The translations under genes were made by a program, and so were the position numbers. The notes under the pieces are model-generated. The model did not search any database. It was not told the origin of the DNA and saw nothing but the letters and a program-made list of their open reading frames with translations. This document shows positions 19,018 through 29,030 of a stretch of DNA of 64,000 nt, piece by piece. This stretch comes from Myxococcota bacterium (GTDB lineage: Bacteria; Myxococcota_A; UBA9160; UBA6930), in contig OZ245002.1 of NCBI GenBank assembly GCA_965223415.1, forward strand, positions 2,304,001 through 2,368,000, in the 5' to 3' direction. Positions within the stretch are counted from its first letter, which is position 1. Every line of letters starts with the position of its first letter.

Positions 19018-19821
19018 GTGGCCGAGGCCGTGTACCGGCGCGACGGGGAGCTCTACGTCCCGACCGAATGGGCCGGCGGGCCGTGGTCGACCGAGAGCCA
19101 GCACGGCGGTCCGATCAACGCGCTCCTCGCGCGGGCCGTCCTCGAAGCCGCCCAGGAGACCGGCTTCGTGCCGGTGCGGATCACGATCGATCTGCTCGGC
19201 CCCGTGCCGATGCAGGCCCTCCGCGCGGCGCGGAGGGACGCGCGAAGGGGACGGCGCCAGGCGGTCGTGGAGACCGCGCTCCTGGCCGGTGATCGCACGG
19301 TCGCCTGCGCCACCGGCGTGCTCCTTCGTCCCAACCCGGAGTTGCCCCCCTCCTGGGAGGTCGACGACACGCCGCTCCCTCCGCCCGACGGTCTCGAGAG
19401 CACGCCGCTCATGCACAAGGCCTACCGGGAGCACGCGCCGCCGGGCTTCCACTGGTCCCTCGAAGTGCGTGTGGTGCCGGGCTCGTCCCCCGCGGCGTGG
19501 ATCCGCACGCCCCTCGAGCTCGTCGAAGGCGAGCCGACGCACCCGCTGCTGCGCGCCGCCGCGGTCTCCGATCTCACCTACGGCCTCGCGGCGCGCACGC
19601 TCCTCAAGGGCGGCTTCACGCCGGCAGACCGCCAGCGGGTGATGCTGATCAACACGGACACGAGCCTCTACTTCGAGCGCCCGCCTGTCGGCGAATGGTT
19701 CGGCTTCCGCCACGAGCTCGTCACCGATCGCCACGGCGTGGGCGTGGCCGAGGTGACGCAGTACGACGTGGAGGGCCGGTGGGGGCGCGCGCTGCAGGTA
19801 CTGATCGCGCACGATCGCTAG
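19018..19821 (+). CDS. Acyl-CoA thioesterase family protein (double hot-dog)
   Basis: Motifs GPWSTESQHGGP, RITIDLLGPVP and INTDTSLYFERPP. Confidence 0.85.
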   Translation: MAEAVYRRDGELYVPTEWAGGPWSTESQHGGPINALLARAVLEAAQETGFVPVRITIDLLGPVPMQALRAARRDARRGRRQAVVETALLAGDRTVACATGVLLRPNPELPPSWEVDDTPLPPPDGLESTPLMHKAYREHAPPGFHWSLEVRVVPGSSPAAWIRTPLELVEGEPTHPLLRAAAVSDLTYGLAARTLLKGGFTPADRQRVMLINTDTSLYFERPPVGEWFGFRHELVTDRHGVGVAEVTQYDVEGRWGRALQVLIAHDR

Positions 19822-19875
19822 TGGCAGCCGCTCGGAGGCTGGCGCACTTTTCCCGGAAGCGAACGGAGCCCCCAC

Positions 19876-21519
19876 GTGGATTCCTTCACCACCCACGAAG
19901 TCACGAACCAGCCGCCCGCCCTGGAGGACGTGAGCCTCTTCACGTCGGACGTGGCACTGCGCGAGGGGGTGATCGCGGCCGGCGGCAAGTGGGCGTTGCC
20001 GCGCCTCGAGGCCTTCGGGGAGCTGGCTGGATCGGCTTCGTTCCGCGAGCTGGGGCGGCTGGCCAATCGGCACACGCCGGAGCTCCGCAGCCACGACCGC
20101 TTTGGCCACCGCATCGACGAGGTGGAGTTCCATCCCGCATGGCACGAGGTGATGCGCCTCGCGATGGAGCACGAGGTCCACAACCTGCCGTGGCGCGAGC
20201 CGCACGCCGGGGCCCAGCCCGCGCGCAGTGCCCTTCACTCGATGCTCTCCCAGGTGGAGAGCGGATCGTGTTGTCCGCTCACGATGACCTTCGCCTGCCG
20301 GCCGGCCCTGGCCCGGGAGCCGGAGCTCGCGGCTCGCCTCGAGCGGGGCCTGCTCGGCACGACCTACGATCCGGCCCTGCGGCCCGCATCCGAGAAGCCG
20401 TCCCTCCTCGTCGGCATGGCCATGACCGAGAAGCAGGGCGGCAGCGACGTGCGATCGAACTCGACGACGGCGCGGGCCGTGGCCGGAGCCGGCCGGGAGG
20501 TCGAGCTCGTCGGTCACAAGTGGTTCTGCTCGGCGCCGATGTCCGACGCCTTCCTGACCCTCGCCCAGGGCGAACGAGGTCTCACCTGCTACCTGGTGCC
20601 CCGCGTCCTCGACGACGGATCCCGCAACGCCATCCGCATCGAGCGCCTGAAGGAAAAGCTCGGCAACCGTTCGAACGCCTCCAGCGAGATCGAATACACG
20701 GGAGCCCGGGCCTACCGGGTCGGCGAAGACGGCCGGGGCGTGCCGACCATCCTCGAGATGGTGCAGCACACCCGCCTCGACTGCGTCTCCGGCAGCACCG
20801 GCCTGATGCGGCAGGCCTTGGCCCAGGCGCTCCACCACACCGCCCACCGGGAGGCCTTCGGCAAGCGTCTGGTCGACCAGCCCTTGATGCGGGCGGTGCT
20901 CGCCGATCTGGCACTCGAGGTCGAGGCGGCGACAGCGCTGATGCTGCGACTGGCCGAGGCCTTCGACCACGCCGGCGACGACGAAGGCGAGGGCGCCTTC
21001 GCGCGCATCGCCACCGCCGTCGGCAAGTACTGGGTGTGCAAGCGGGCGCCCGCGATGATCTACGAAGCCATGGAGTGCCTGGGCGGTCCCGGCTACGTCG
21101 AGGAATCGATCCTGCCCCGGCTCTACCGGGAGGCGCCGGTGAACGCCATCTGGGAGGGCTCCGGCAACGTCATGTGCCTCGACGTGCTGCGGGCGATGGT
21201 GCGCGAGCCGGATTCGCCGGAGGCGCTGATCGCTGAGCTCCGCTGCGCGAAGGGCGCCGATCGCCGCCTCGACGCGGCCGTCGAAGACCTCGTCGCGGAG
21301 CTCGCACGCACGGAAGACGCGGAGGCTCGCGCGCGCCGCAACGTCGAGCGCATTGCCGTCGCGCTCCAGGCGTCCCTCCTCTTCCGCCGCGCGCCCACTC
21401 CGGTCGCCGAGGCCTTCGTCGCCGGGCGTCTGGGCAAGGGCGGGCTTCTCTTCGGTACGCTGCCTTCCGGCCTCGATCTGGAGGGGATCCTGGAGCGTGC
21501 CCGGCCCGTTCCCCGCTGA
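19876..21519 (+). CDS. aidB: AidB-like acyl-CoA dehydrogenase
   Basis: Motifs THEVTNQPP, DEVEFHPAWH, GMAMTEKQGGSDV, KLGNRSNASSE and REAPVNAIWEGSGN. Confidence 0.88.
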   Translation: MDSFTTHEVTNQPPALEDVSLFTSDVALREGVIAAGGKWALPRLEAFGELAGSASFRELGRLANRHTPELRSHDRFGHRIDEVEFHPAWHEVMRLAMEHEVHNLPWREPHAGAQPARSALHSMLSQVESGSCCPLTMTFACRPALAREPELAARLERGLLGTTYDPALRPASEKPSLLVGMAMTEKQGGSDVRSNSTTARAVAGAGREVELVGHKWFCSAPMSDAFLTLAQGERGLTCYLVPRVLDDGSRNAIRIERLKEKLGNRSNASSEIEYTGARAYRVGEDGRGVPTILEMVQHTRLDCVSGSTGLMRQALAQALHHTAHREAFGKRLVDQPLMRAVLADLALEVEAATALMLRLAEAFDHAGDDEGEGAFARIATAVGKYWVCKRAPAMIYEAMECLGGPGYVEESILPRLYREAPVNAIWEGSGNVMCLDVLRAMVREPDSPEALIAELRCAKGADRRLDAAVEDLVAELARTEDAEARARRNVERIAVALQASLLFRRAPTPVAEAFVAGRLGKGGLLFGTLPSGLDLEGILERARPVPR

Positions 21520-21531
21520 ACAGGAGAGACG

Positions 21532-22971
21532 ATGTCCCAGCTCATTCGACCCGCTGCCCAGCAGACGCACTGGGACGAGGAGGCGGATGTGCTCGTGGTC
21601 GGCCTCGGCGTCGCCGGCGCGGCCACGGCGCTCGAGGCCGCCGCCCGCGGCGCCGAGACCCTCGTCCTCGAGCGCGCGGGAGGAGGGGGCGGAACCTCCG
21701 CCATGTCCGGCGGCGTGCTCTACCTGGGCGGCGGGACCCGCATGCAGAAGGCCTGCGGCTTCGAGGATTCCGCCGAGGAGATGTTCAAGTACCTGATGGC
21801 CTCCAGCGGTCCGGCTCCGGACGAGGTCAAGATGCGCCTCTACTGCGAAGGCAGCGTGGAGCTCTACGAGTGGGTGCTGGCCCAGGGCGTCCCCTTCAAG
21901 GAGACCCACTACTTCGGCACCAGCGGAGAGCCGCCGACGGACGACGGCCTCGTCTACTCGGGCTCCGAGCGCCACCACCCCTTCAGGGACCTCGCCGTTC
22001 CGGCGCCGCGCGGGCACGTACCCGCCAAGACCTTCCAGGCCGGCCCGCTGTTGATGCAGAAGCTGATCGAGGCAGTCGACGCGAGCCCGGCAGACATCCG
22101 CACGAACCACCGCGTGACGGCGCTGGTGCAGGAGCCCGACGGGCACGTGGTGGGCGTGGTCGCCGAGGTCTTCGGCGACGAGCGCGCGCTGCGCGCGCGT
22201 CGCGGCGTGGTGCTGACCACCGGCGGCTTCGTCCTGAACGACGAGATGCTGGCCGCCCACGCGCCCCTTGCGCTTCGCTGCGGCGTACGCGTGGCAGCCG
22301 ACGGCGACGACGGCAGCGGCATCCAGCTCGGCATGGCGGCCGGTGCAGACGTGCAGCACATGGACGCCGTCTCGATCTCCCTGCCGATCACCGAGCCATG
22401 GGGGCTGAAGCGGGGCCTCCTCGTGAACGAGCAGGGTCAGCGCTTCATCTCCGAGGATCTCTACATGGGCCGCCTCGGCGAATGGGCGCTCTTCCACGCC
22501 GGTGGGAGGGCCTGGCTCGTCGTGGACGACGAGGTCTTCGAGAAGCCCGCCTATTGGCGCGAGCCGGTGGCCGTGGGTGAGACGCCGGCGGAGCTCGAGG
22601 AGGAGATCGGGCTCCCGCCCGGCAGCCTCGAGGCGACCCTCGCCCTCTACAACCGACACGCGGAGCGAGGGGAGGATCCCGTCCACCACAAGATCGCGGA
22701 CTACGTGAAGCCGCTGACGCACCCGCCCTACGGTGCCTTCGACTGCACGGTCGACGGCGGGGCCGCGATCTATGCAGCCTTCACCCTCGGCGGTCTGCGC
22801 AGCGACGTCGATGGCCGCATCCTCGATCCCGCCAGCGACCCCATCCCTGGCCTCTACGGAGCCGGCCGCGCGACGTCCGGCCTGGCGGTGGGGAGCTACA
22901 GCAGTGGCCTCTCCCTGGGCGACGGCGCGTTCTTCGGCAGGCGGGCTGGGCGGGCTGCGGCTTCCGCCTAA
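21532..22971 (+). CDS. FAD-dependent oxidoreductase, 3-ketosteroid dehydrogenase-like (delta4/5-alpha type)
   Basis: Motifs DVLVVGLGVAG, SGGVLYLGGGT, EDLY, FTLGGL, IPGLYGAG and YSSGLSLG. Confidence 0.8.
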   Translation: MSQLIRPAAQQTHWDEEADVLVVGLGVAGAATALEAAARGAETLVLERAGGGGGTSAMSGGVLYLGGGTRMQKACGFEDSAEEMFKYLMASSGPAPDEVKMRLYCEGSVELYEWVLAQGVPFKETHYFGTSGEPPTDDGLVYSGSERHHPFRDLAVPAPRGHVPAKTFQAGPLLMQKLIEAVDASPADIRTNHRVTALVQEPDGHVVGVVAEVFGDERALRARRGVVLTTGGFVLNDEMLAAHAPLALRCGVRVAADGDDGSGIQLGMAAGADVQHMDAVSISLPITEPWGLKRGLLVNEQGQRFISEDLYMGRLGEWALFHAGGRAWLVVDDEVFEKPAYWREPVAVGETPAELEEEIGLPPGSLEATLALYNRHAERGEDPVHHKIADYVKPLTHPPYGAFDCTVDGGAAIYAAFTLGGLRSDVDGRILDPASDPIPGLYGAGRATSGLAVGSYSSGLSLGDGAFFGRRAGRAAASA

Positions 22972-23765
22972 CGAGGGATCCCCAGGAAGTCGCCCACGAC
23001 CCGGTTCCAGGCGCCGGCCCGCTCGAAGTAGGGCGAGTGGCCCGTGTCGAGTTCCTCGACGCGGGCTCCCGGCACGAGCGCGGCGGTGGCCCGGATCAGC
23101 TCCGGCGGGAAGAGGGCGTCTTCCGTCCCGGTCGTGAAGAGCACGGGACAGGAGAGCTGGGTGAGCTCCTCCCGTCCCACCACGCTGGTGACGAGGCTCG
23201 GCGCGATCTTGCCCAGGTCCGGCTCACCGAAGCGGCTCAAGGCCTGGTAGAGATAGGCCAGCTCCGGGCGCCTCTCTCCCAGGCTCTCGGCGAGGGCGGG
23301 GTGGCGACCGAGTGCGTCGGGCGCGTCGAGACTTCCGGCACCGAGCTGTCGCCAGGCCTCCTCCAGTGCTGGGGTCTGGATGCCGCCGGGGGTATTCGAG
23401 AGCACGAGCCGCCGCACCCGCGCTGCGTTCCGGAGCGCCACCCGGAGCACCGTCCACCCGCCCATGGACTGGCCGACGAGGTCGGCCTGGCCGATGCCCC
23501 GATGGTCGAGCAGCGCGAGCAGGTCGTCCGCTGCGAGCGCCGGCGTCGTGGGCCCGCCGTGGGCGGTCGAGCGTCCGAACCCCCGGTGGTCCCAGGCGAT
23601 CACCCGCCGGTGGCGCGCGAACACCGGCACCTGCTGGAACCACACCGCGTGGTTGCCGCCGGCACCGTGGCAGAGAACGAGCGCGTCGCCCTCGCCCACG
23701 TCTTCGAAGTAGACGCGCTCGCCATCGCGCTCGAGGAAGCCAGTCTCCCGTCGGATGGCCGTCAT
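22968..23765 (-). CDS. Alpha/beta hydrolase
   Basis: Motifs HGAGG, DHRGFGRS, GQSMGG and GHSPYFE. Confidence 0.9.
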   Translation of the reverse strand: MTAIRRETGFLERDGERVYFEDVGEGDALVLCHGAGGNHAVWFQQVPVFARHRRVIAWDHRGFGRSTAHGGPTTPALAADDLLALLDHRGIGQADLVGQSMGGWTVLRVALRNAARVRRLVLSNTPGGIQTPALEEAWRQLGAGSLDAPDALGRHPALAESLGERRPELAYLYQALSRFGEPDLGKIAPSLVTSVVGREELTQLSCPVLFTTGTEDALFPPELIRATAALVPGARVEELDTGHSPYFERAGAWNRVVGDFLGIPR

Positions 23766-23786
23766 GGCCGGGAGCGTATCACGCGT

Positions 23787-24533
23787 TCAGGGGCGCTCGG
23801 CCTCGATGCGGCGCAGGTACGCCTTCGGCGGGAGGAAGGCGAGGTAGAGGGCGACGGACGTCGCGGAGCCCCCCAGCCCCACGCAGGTCAGCACCCACGG
23901 CTGGCCCATGAAGTCGACGCCGCGCAGGCCGGCGATGAAGGGGCCGATCATCGTCAGGAGCGAGAAGACGGCGACCACGCCCCACAGGAAGAAGCGGTTC
24001 GCGACGACCGGGCTCGCCAGGCCCAGGGCGAGGCGCCGGCGGAGCAAGCCCCAGTAGCGGAACGACTCGATGCCGGTCCACACGAAGAGGACCATGGTGT
24101 TCGCCTGGTGGCCGAGGGCGCCCCAGGTGGGGATCAGCACGTCCTGGGGGTGCACGAAGGTGAGGCTGGAATGGAGGCTCTCGGCCAGGCAGACCGCGAA
24201 GCCGGCGTAGGCGGTGAGGGCCAGCGCGCGGGCCCAGCCCGCTTCGGGCCGGAACACCCGCCAGGTGAAGGTCCAGACCATGCTCCAGCCGAGGCTCATG
24301 GAGAGCAGGGCGACGCACATGACGAGGGGGCCCGCGTCCCGGCCCTGCTCGCTGACGACGCGGCCCGCCATGAGGATCGGGTAGCCGATGCCCACGACCA
24401 GGAGGAGGCCGGGGCCCAGCATGGCCTCCGGCAGCTCTCTCGTTCGCCGGGCGAGGAGGGCGATCCGCCCGCCCGCCACGCACCCGGAGAGGATGAAGAA
24501 CAGGGTCGAGAGGCCGGCGGCGAGGGTCAGCAT
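23787..24533 (-). CDS. Hypothetical membrane protein (about 7 TM)
   Basis: About seven hydrophobic segments, co-oriented downstream of the DUF3604 gene. Confidence 0.75.
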   Translation of the reverse strand: MLTLAAGLSTLFFILSGCVAGGRIALLARRTRELPEAMLGPGLLLVVGIGYPILMAGRVVSEQGRDAGPLVMCVALLSMSLGWSMVWTFTWRVFRPEAGWARALALTAYAGFAVCLAESLHSSLTFVHPQDVLIPTWGALGHQANTMVLFVWTGIESFRYWGLLRRRLALGLASPVVANRFFLWGVVAVFSLLTMIGPFIAGLRGVDFMGQPWVLTCVGLGGSATSVALYLAFLPPKAYLRRIEAERP

Positions 24534-24578
24534 GCGAAAGGGCTCATCGGAGCCCCGCAGCGGCAGCTTGACGAGGGC

Positions 24579-26771
24579 TCAGCCGGGGGGGCGCAGCCAG
24601 ATCGGCGAGGACCAGGCCCGCTCGCGCACGGGCGCGAGGCAGTCGTCCTCCGGGTCGAAATCCGGGCCGGACGCCGGACACGCGCGCCCGCGGAGGCAGC
24701 GCCCGGCGGCGTCGCGTTCGCAGCGCAGCGGGTCGCCGTTCACCGCCGGCGTGGCGGTCTGGAGGGCCCGGACGTAGTAGAGGGTCTCCCGGGAGCCGTC
24801 GTGCTCCGGATCCTCGAAGTGCACCTCGCAGCCCCCGCCGTCGGCGGGGCAGGGGAAGCTCCGCCACGGGTCGTCGATGCGCTCGGCGATCGGCTCGTCG
24901 CCGGTCACCTGGGGCCGGATGCGCACGACCTCGATGCGCTCGATCGGTGTGCGCGTGTCGGACGGGTGGTAGCACTCGTCCAGGCACAGGCGTTCGAGGC
25001 GCTCGGGGGAGAGGCGCTCCTTCGTGTGGGCCGGGCAGCCGGGGAGCTGCTCGAAGGCGCCGGCCGCGCGCACCACGAAGCGGGGAGACTCCGTGAACGT
25101 GACCTCGCTGCCCATCGGCGCCGGGCCGTTGGGCCCGTTCTCGAGATCGAACCACAAGAGGATGCGCGGGCCGCTGGTCGCGTAGGCGTGGCGCCGGTCG
25201 AGGGCGTCGAAGATCGCGCCCCGGTCCCTTCCCGTGGCGTGGACGGCCACCAGGCCCGCCGTGTAGTAGAAGGACGCGCCGCGCTCGAAGCCGACGCCGA
25301 CGAATGCCAGGGCCCCGGCCGGCTCGCTCACGGGCTCCCGCGCCGGCGTCTGCGCCGGGACCAGCCGGTCGTACCAGTCGCGGCGGAAGCCGTAGGCGTC
25401 GCCGAAGGCCTTGCGCGCGGTCTCCTTGTAGCCCGGGCCGGGCCTGGCCTTGTGGTTGTCGCTGGATCCGATCAGCCCGAAGCGGAAGGCGCCCGCCTCG
25501 CCCGCCTCCGGGTTGCGGGCGGTCAGGCCGTACTGGGCGCTCATGTCCGGCCGGTACTCGAAGGCACCGAAGTCGCCGGCCGCAAGCTGGCCGCATTCCA
25601 GCCAGTCTTCCGGGCGCGTCCCCGCCACGACGACGTAGTGGCTGCCGTCGAGCGATCGCTCGCGCGTCTCTCGCACCCGTTCTTCGCACACCTCGGGCGC
25701 CGCGTCGCCGCAGCGGGAACGGATGATTTCCCCGGCCTGCCAGCAGCACGGCAGGTAGCCGTCCCGCGGCGGTGCGCACTGGCGGTTGCCGTCGGCGTCG
25801 ACCACGGCGTCCGTCCACTCCCGGTAGAGCTCCGAGGCGCCGTGCCCGGAGTAGACCTCGATCAGTCTCTGGCGAGACGGGTCGTGGCGCCCGGCTTCGA
25901 GCTGCAGGCCCAGCTGGGCCGACGGCGGCGCGTGGATGCCCCAGGACGTGCCGTGGGGGATCACGAGGCTCGGAAAGCCCCAGTCGTCGAGCTTGGCGAA
26001 GAGCTCTTCGGGCGTGGCAGCGCCCTCGAGGCAATCCTCCGGGAGCTCCCGGACCGGAGCACCTGCGGGACACACTTCCGTGTCGCGCACGTCCCGGGTG
26101 AAGCGGTTGAAGTCGAGGTAGGGACGCAGGTTGCCGAGATCGCCAAGGGTGATGCCGGCGCGGAGCAGCGCCCAGACCGCGCCGGGGACCGGGGCGGAGA
26201 AGAGGCCGCCGCCACCGGCGCCGATGGGTCGGCTGGGCACCGCATCGTCGGCAGTGTCACGGAACACGACGTTCTTGTGCCCGAAGTGGGCGGCGGTCGC
26301 GCCCATCCAGGCCGGTGCGGACTGGGTCCACTCCCAGCCGAGGAACGAGACGAGATCCGGGTTGGCCGGATCCCCGGCCACCTCGTTGCACTCGCGGATG
26401 GCCTGCTTCGTCTCCTCCCACTGCCAGGGCAGGAGGCTCTCGGCGTGATCGTTGATGCTCCAGAAGTCGAGCTCGGCGCAGAAGCGCGCGAAGTCGCAGG
26501 CGTCCGCCGGCGGGTGCACGCCCTCGCCCTGCATCAAGGGCAGGCTGAAGACGAAGGCGTCCCCGGAGTAGGTGGTGTGGACGTGGAGGTCGCCGAACAG
26601 GATCTGCCGCTGGCGGCTCTGGCGGGCGGCGACGGCCGGCGCCGGGATCGGCGAGGCGGCAGGCTCGCCCCGGCCGTGGCGGCGGCCGGTGACGCCCTCG
26701 GAGAGGAAGGTGATCGCTCCCACGAGGCCGAGCGTGACCACCACCAGGCCGAGCAGGAGGCGTCGCAGCAC
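24579..26771 (-). CDS. DUF3604 (PHP-fold-like) protein with N-terminal anchor
   Basis: Motifs LFGDLHVHTTYSGDA, INDHAE, GWEWT, IGSSDNH, YATSGPRI and ERAWSSPIW. Confidence 0.88.
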   Translation of the reverse strand: MLRRLLLGLVVVTLGLVGAITFLSEGVTGRRHGRGEPAASPIPAPAVAARQSRQRQILFGDLHVHTTYSGDAFVFSLPLMQGEGVHPPADACDFARFCAELDFWSINDHAESLLPWQWEETKQAIRECNEVAGDPANPDLVSFLGWEWTQSAPAWMGATAAHFGHKNVVFRDTADDAVPSRPIGAGGGGLFSAPVPGAVWALLRAGITLGDLGNLRPYLDFNRFTRDVRDTEVCPAGAPVRELPEDCLEGAATPEELFAKLDDWGFPSLVIPHGTSWGIHAPPSAQLGLQLEAGRHDPSRQRLIEVYSGHGASELYREWTDAVVDADGNRQCAPPRDGYLPCCWQAGEIIRSRCGDAAPEVCEERVRETRERSLDGSHYVVVAGTRPEDWLECGQLAAGDFGAFEYRPDMSAQYGLTARNPEAGEAGAFRFGLIGSSDNHKARPGPGYKETARKAFGDAYGFRRDWYDRLVPAQTPAREPVSEPAGALAFVGVGFERGASFYYTAGLVAVHATGRDRGAIFDALDRRHAYATSGPRILLWFDLENGPNGPAPMGSEVTFTESPRFVVRAAGAFEQLPGCPAHTKERLSPERLERLCLDECYHPSDTRTPIERIEVVRIRPQVTGDEPIAERIDDPWRSFPCPADGGGCEVHFEDPEHDGSRETLYYVRALQTATPAVNGDPLRCERDAAGRCLRGRACPASGPDFDPEDDCLAPVRERAWSSPIWLRPPG

Positions 26772-26804
26772 CGGCTCAGCATGCCACAGCCCCCCGAAGG
26801 GGCA

Positions 26805-26833
26805 TTTACAATACGCAACGTATCGTATATGAT
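26805..26833 (+). promoter_or_regulatory. Sigma70-type promoter with a dyad in the spacer
   Basis: TTTACA-N17-TATGAT lies 6 nt before GTG 26840. The spacer holds ATACG-CAA-CGTAT. Confidence 0.7.
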
Positions 26834-26839
26834 TTCGGG

Positions 26840-28012
26840 GTGCCCGCCGCTACCCCCGCGCTCGACGGCGTCCTCGTGCTCGACTTCTCCACGGTCGGCC
26901 CGGGCTCCCGCTGCACGCGCATCCTGGCGGACTACGGCGCCACGGTGGTCAAGGTGGGCGTGCCGCCGAACAAGGCCGCCCTGCAGACCCAGCCCGCCTT
27001 CTGGGCCTACTCCGCCAATCGCGGCCTGCGCCAGGTGCGCCTCGACCTGAAGGACGCGGACGCGAAGGCGGCCTTCCTGCGGCTGGCGGCGACGGCGGAC
27101 GTGATCCTGGAGAGCTTCCGCCCGGGCGTGGTCGATCGGCTGGGGATCGGCTTCGAAGACGTGCGGAGGGTCAACCCGCGCATCGTCTTCTGCTCGACCA
27201 GCGGCTACGGGCAGGACGGGCCGGCCGCCCGCTGGGCCGGACACGACATCAACTACCTCGCCATGGGCGGCTACCTCGCCTGCACGGAGCCCGGCAAGGG
27301 CGGCAAGCCGCCGATCCCCGGCGCCACCATCGCCGACAGCACGGCCGGCGGCATGCACGCGGCGCTAGCGATCATGGCCGCGTTGCTGCGACGGGAGAAG
27401 ACCGGGGAGGGCGAACTCCTCGACGTGTCCGTCGCCGACGGCGTGCTGACCCTGATGTCCCTCTACGTCGACCAGCACCTGGCCACTGGCGCCCAGCCCG
27501 GCCCGGGCCACGACGTGCTGACCGGGCGCTACGCCTACTACGACACCTACGCGTGCGCGGACGGGAAGTGGGTGGCCGTGGGCGCGATCGAGCCGCCCTT
27601 CTACGCGAACCTCTGCAAGGCGCTGGGCTGCGAGCAGTGGCAGGGGCACCAGAACGACGACGCGGTGCAGGACCGGGTGCGCGCCGACTTCGCCGCCGCG
27701 TTCCGTCGCCGCAGTCGCGACGAGTGGGTCGCTGAGCTGGCGCCTGCGGATACGTGCGTCGCGCCCGTCTACGAGATCGCCGAGCTGGTGAACGATCCCC
27801 AGTTCCGCGCCCGCGGCGCCTTCGCCGAGGCGAAGCACGCGACCGAGGGTGCCTTCGAGCAGCTCGCGCCCGTGCTGGCCGGGCAGACGCGCGCCGACGG
27901 GCCCGTCCCGGCCGGTGACGCGACCCGAAGCGATACCGAGGAGCTGCTCCGCGAGGCGGGCCTAGGCTCGGAAGAAATCCATGCGCTCCGCGAACGCGGC
28001 GCCATCGCCTGA
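26840..28012 (+). CDS. CaiB/BaiF family III CoA-transferase (AMACR-like)
   Basis: Motifs ESFRPGVVDRLGIG, SGYGQDGP, GHDINYLA and GAIEPPFY. Confidence 0.92.
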   Translation: MPAATPALDGVLVLDFSTVGPGSRCTRILADYGATVVKVGVPPNKAALQTQPAFWAYSANRGLRQVRLDLKDADAKAAFLRLAATADVILESFRPGVVDRLGIGFEDVRRVNPRIVFCSTSGYGQDGPAARWAGHDINYLAMGGYLACTEPGKGGKPPIPGATIADSTAGGMHAALAIMAALLRREKTGEGELLDVSVADGVLTLMSLYVDQHLATGAQPGPGHDVLTGRYAYYDTYACADGKWVAVGAIEPPFYANLCKALGCEQWQGHQNDDAVQDRVRADFAAAFRRRSRDEWVAELAPADTCVAPVYEIAELVNDPQFRARGAFAEAKHATEGAFEQLAPVLAGQTRADGPVPAGDATRSDTEELLREAGLGSEEIHALRERGAIA

Positions 28013-28023
28013 ACGGAGGAGAG

Positions 28024-28530
28024 ATGTCGGACCTACCGGCGGAAGTCGAGAGCTGGATCGGAGAGCGTCGCTACGAGGAGTGGGGCGAGTTCGAGGTGGA
28101 GAAGGGCTACGTTTTCACCTCCTGCTCGTCGGTGCAGAACGGCAACCCGCTCTTCTGGGACGAGAAGGTCGCCAACGAGATCACCGACGGCCCGATCGCG
28201 CCGCCCTCGATGATCTCGGTGTGGTTCCGGCCGCACTACTGGTCGCCGGGTCGCACCGAGGAGGCGGTGCCCATGCAGCTCCACTTCGACCTGAAGGAGA
28301 AGCTGGGCCTTCCCGAGGCCGTGATGACCGACAACACCATCACCTTCTACGAGCCCGTCCGCATCGGCGACCGCCTGAAGACCGTGCAGATCCTGCGCTC
28401 GGTCAGCGATCCCAAGACCACCAAGCTCGGCACCGGTCGCTTCTGGGTGCTGGACATGGAAATCTCGAACCAGATTGGTGAGCTCTGCGCGATCGAGAGC
28501 TACACCGGCTACGGATACAAGAGGGGCTGA
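28024..28530 (+). CDS. MaoC-like dehydratase subunit (hot-dog fold)
   Basis: Motifs NPLFWDE, IAPPSM and FYEPVRIGD. Confidence 0.8.
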   Translation: MSDLPAEVESWIGERRYEEWGEFEVEKGYVFTSCSSVQNGNPLFWDEKVANEITDGPIAPPSMISVWFRPHYWSPGRTEEAVPMQLHFDLKEKLGLPEAVMTDNTITFYEPVRIGDRLKTVQILRSVSDPKTTKLGTGRFWVLDMEISNQIGELCAIESYTGYGYKRG

Positions 28531-29024
28531 TGATGGACGCCAACGGACCCACCCTGGAGCAGGTCGAGGTCGGCAGCGAGCTGCCGGAGCTCTCCATCGA
28601 TGTCACGCCCACGACCGTCGTGCTCGGCGCCCTCGCCACCCGCGATTGGCGGCCCATGCACCACGACAAGGACTTCGCCGTCGAGCGCAACGGCGTGCGG
28701 CACGTCTTCATCAATACGCCCCACAACGCGGCCTACTTCGAGCGTTACATCACCGATTGGACCGGGCCGAAGGGGCGGCTCGGCAAGATCCAGTTCCGGA
28801 TGAGCGACTCGGTCTTCCCCGGCGACACCATGGTCTTCCACGGCAAGATCGAGGGGAAGGGCACCGACGACGTGGGCTGCGGCTGGGTCGACCTGGCCGT
28901 GTGGCTGACCGTCGGCGAGAAGACCACCACCAGCTGCAAGGCGCGGGTGGCCCTTCCCACCGACGGGCAGGACAACCCCTGGAAGCGCAAGGGCGCGGAC
29001 TGGAAGCCCGCTCCCGACGCCTGA
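28530..29024 (+). CDS. MaoC-like dehydratase subunit (ChsH1-like)
   Basis: Motifs VGSELP, ALATRDWRPMHHD (catalytic D-x4-H), FINT and YITDWTGP. Confidence 0.82.
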   Translation: MMDANGPTLEQVEVGSELPELSIDVTPTTVVLGALATRDWRPMHHDKDFAVERNGVRHVFINTPHNAAYFERYITDWTGPKGRLGKIQFRMSDSVFPGDTMVFHGKIEGKGTDDVGCGWVDLAVWLTVGEKTTTSCKARVALPTDGQDNPWKRKGADWKPAPDA

Positions 29025-29030
29025 GGCTGC

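Noticed and set aside
23037..27050. Very long alternative ORFs (1337 aa here; also 18967-22722, 38852-42544, 31766-34891, 16064-18976 as one gene)
   Set aside because: These are antisense or off-frame shadows of well-supported genes in high-GC DNA, with no family motifs of their own.
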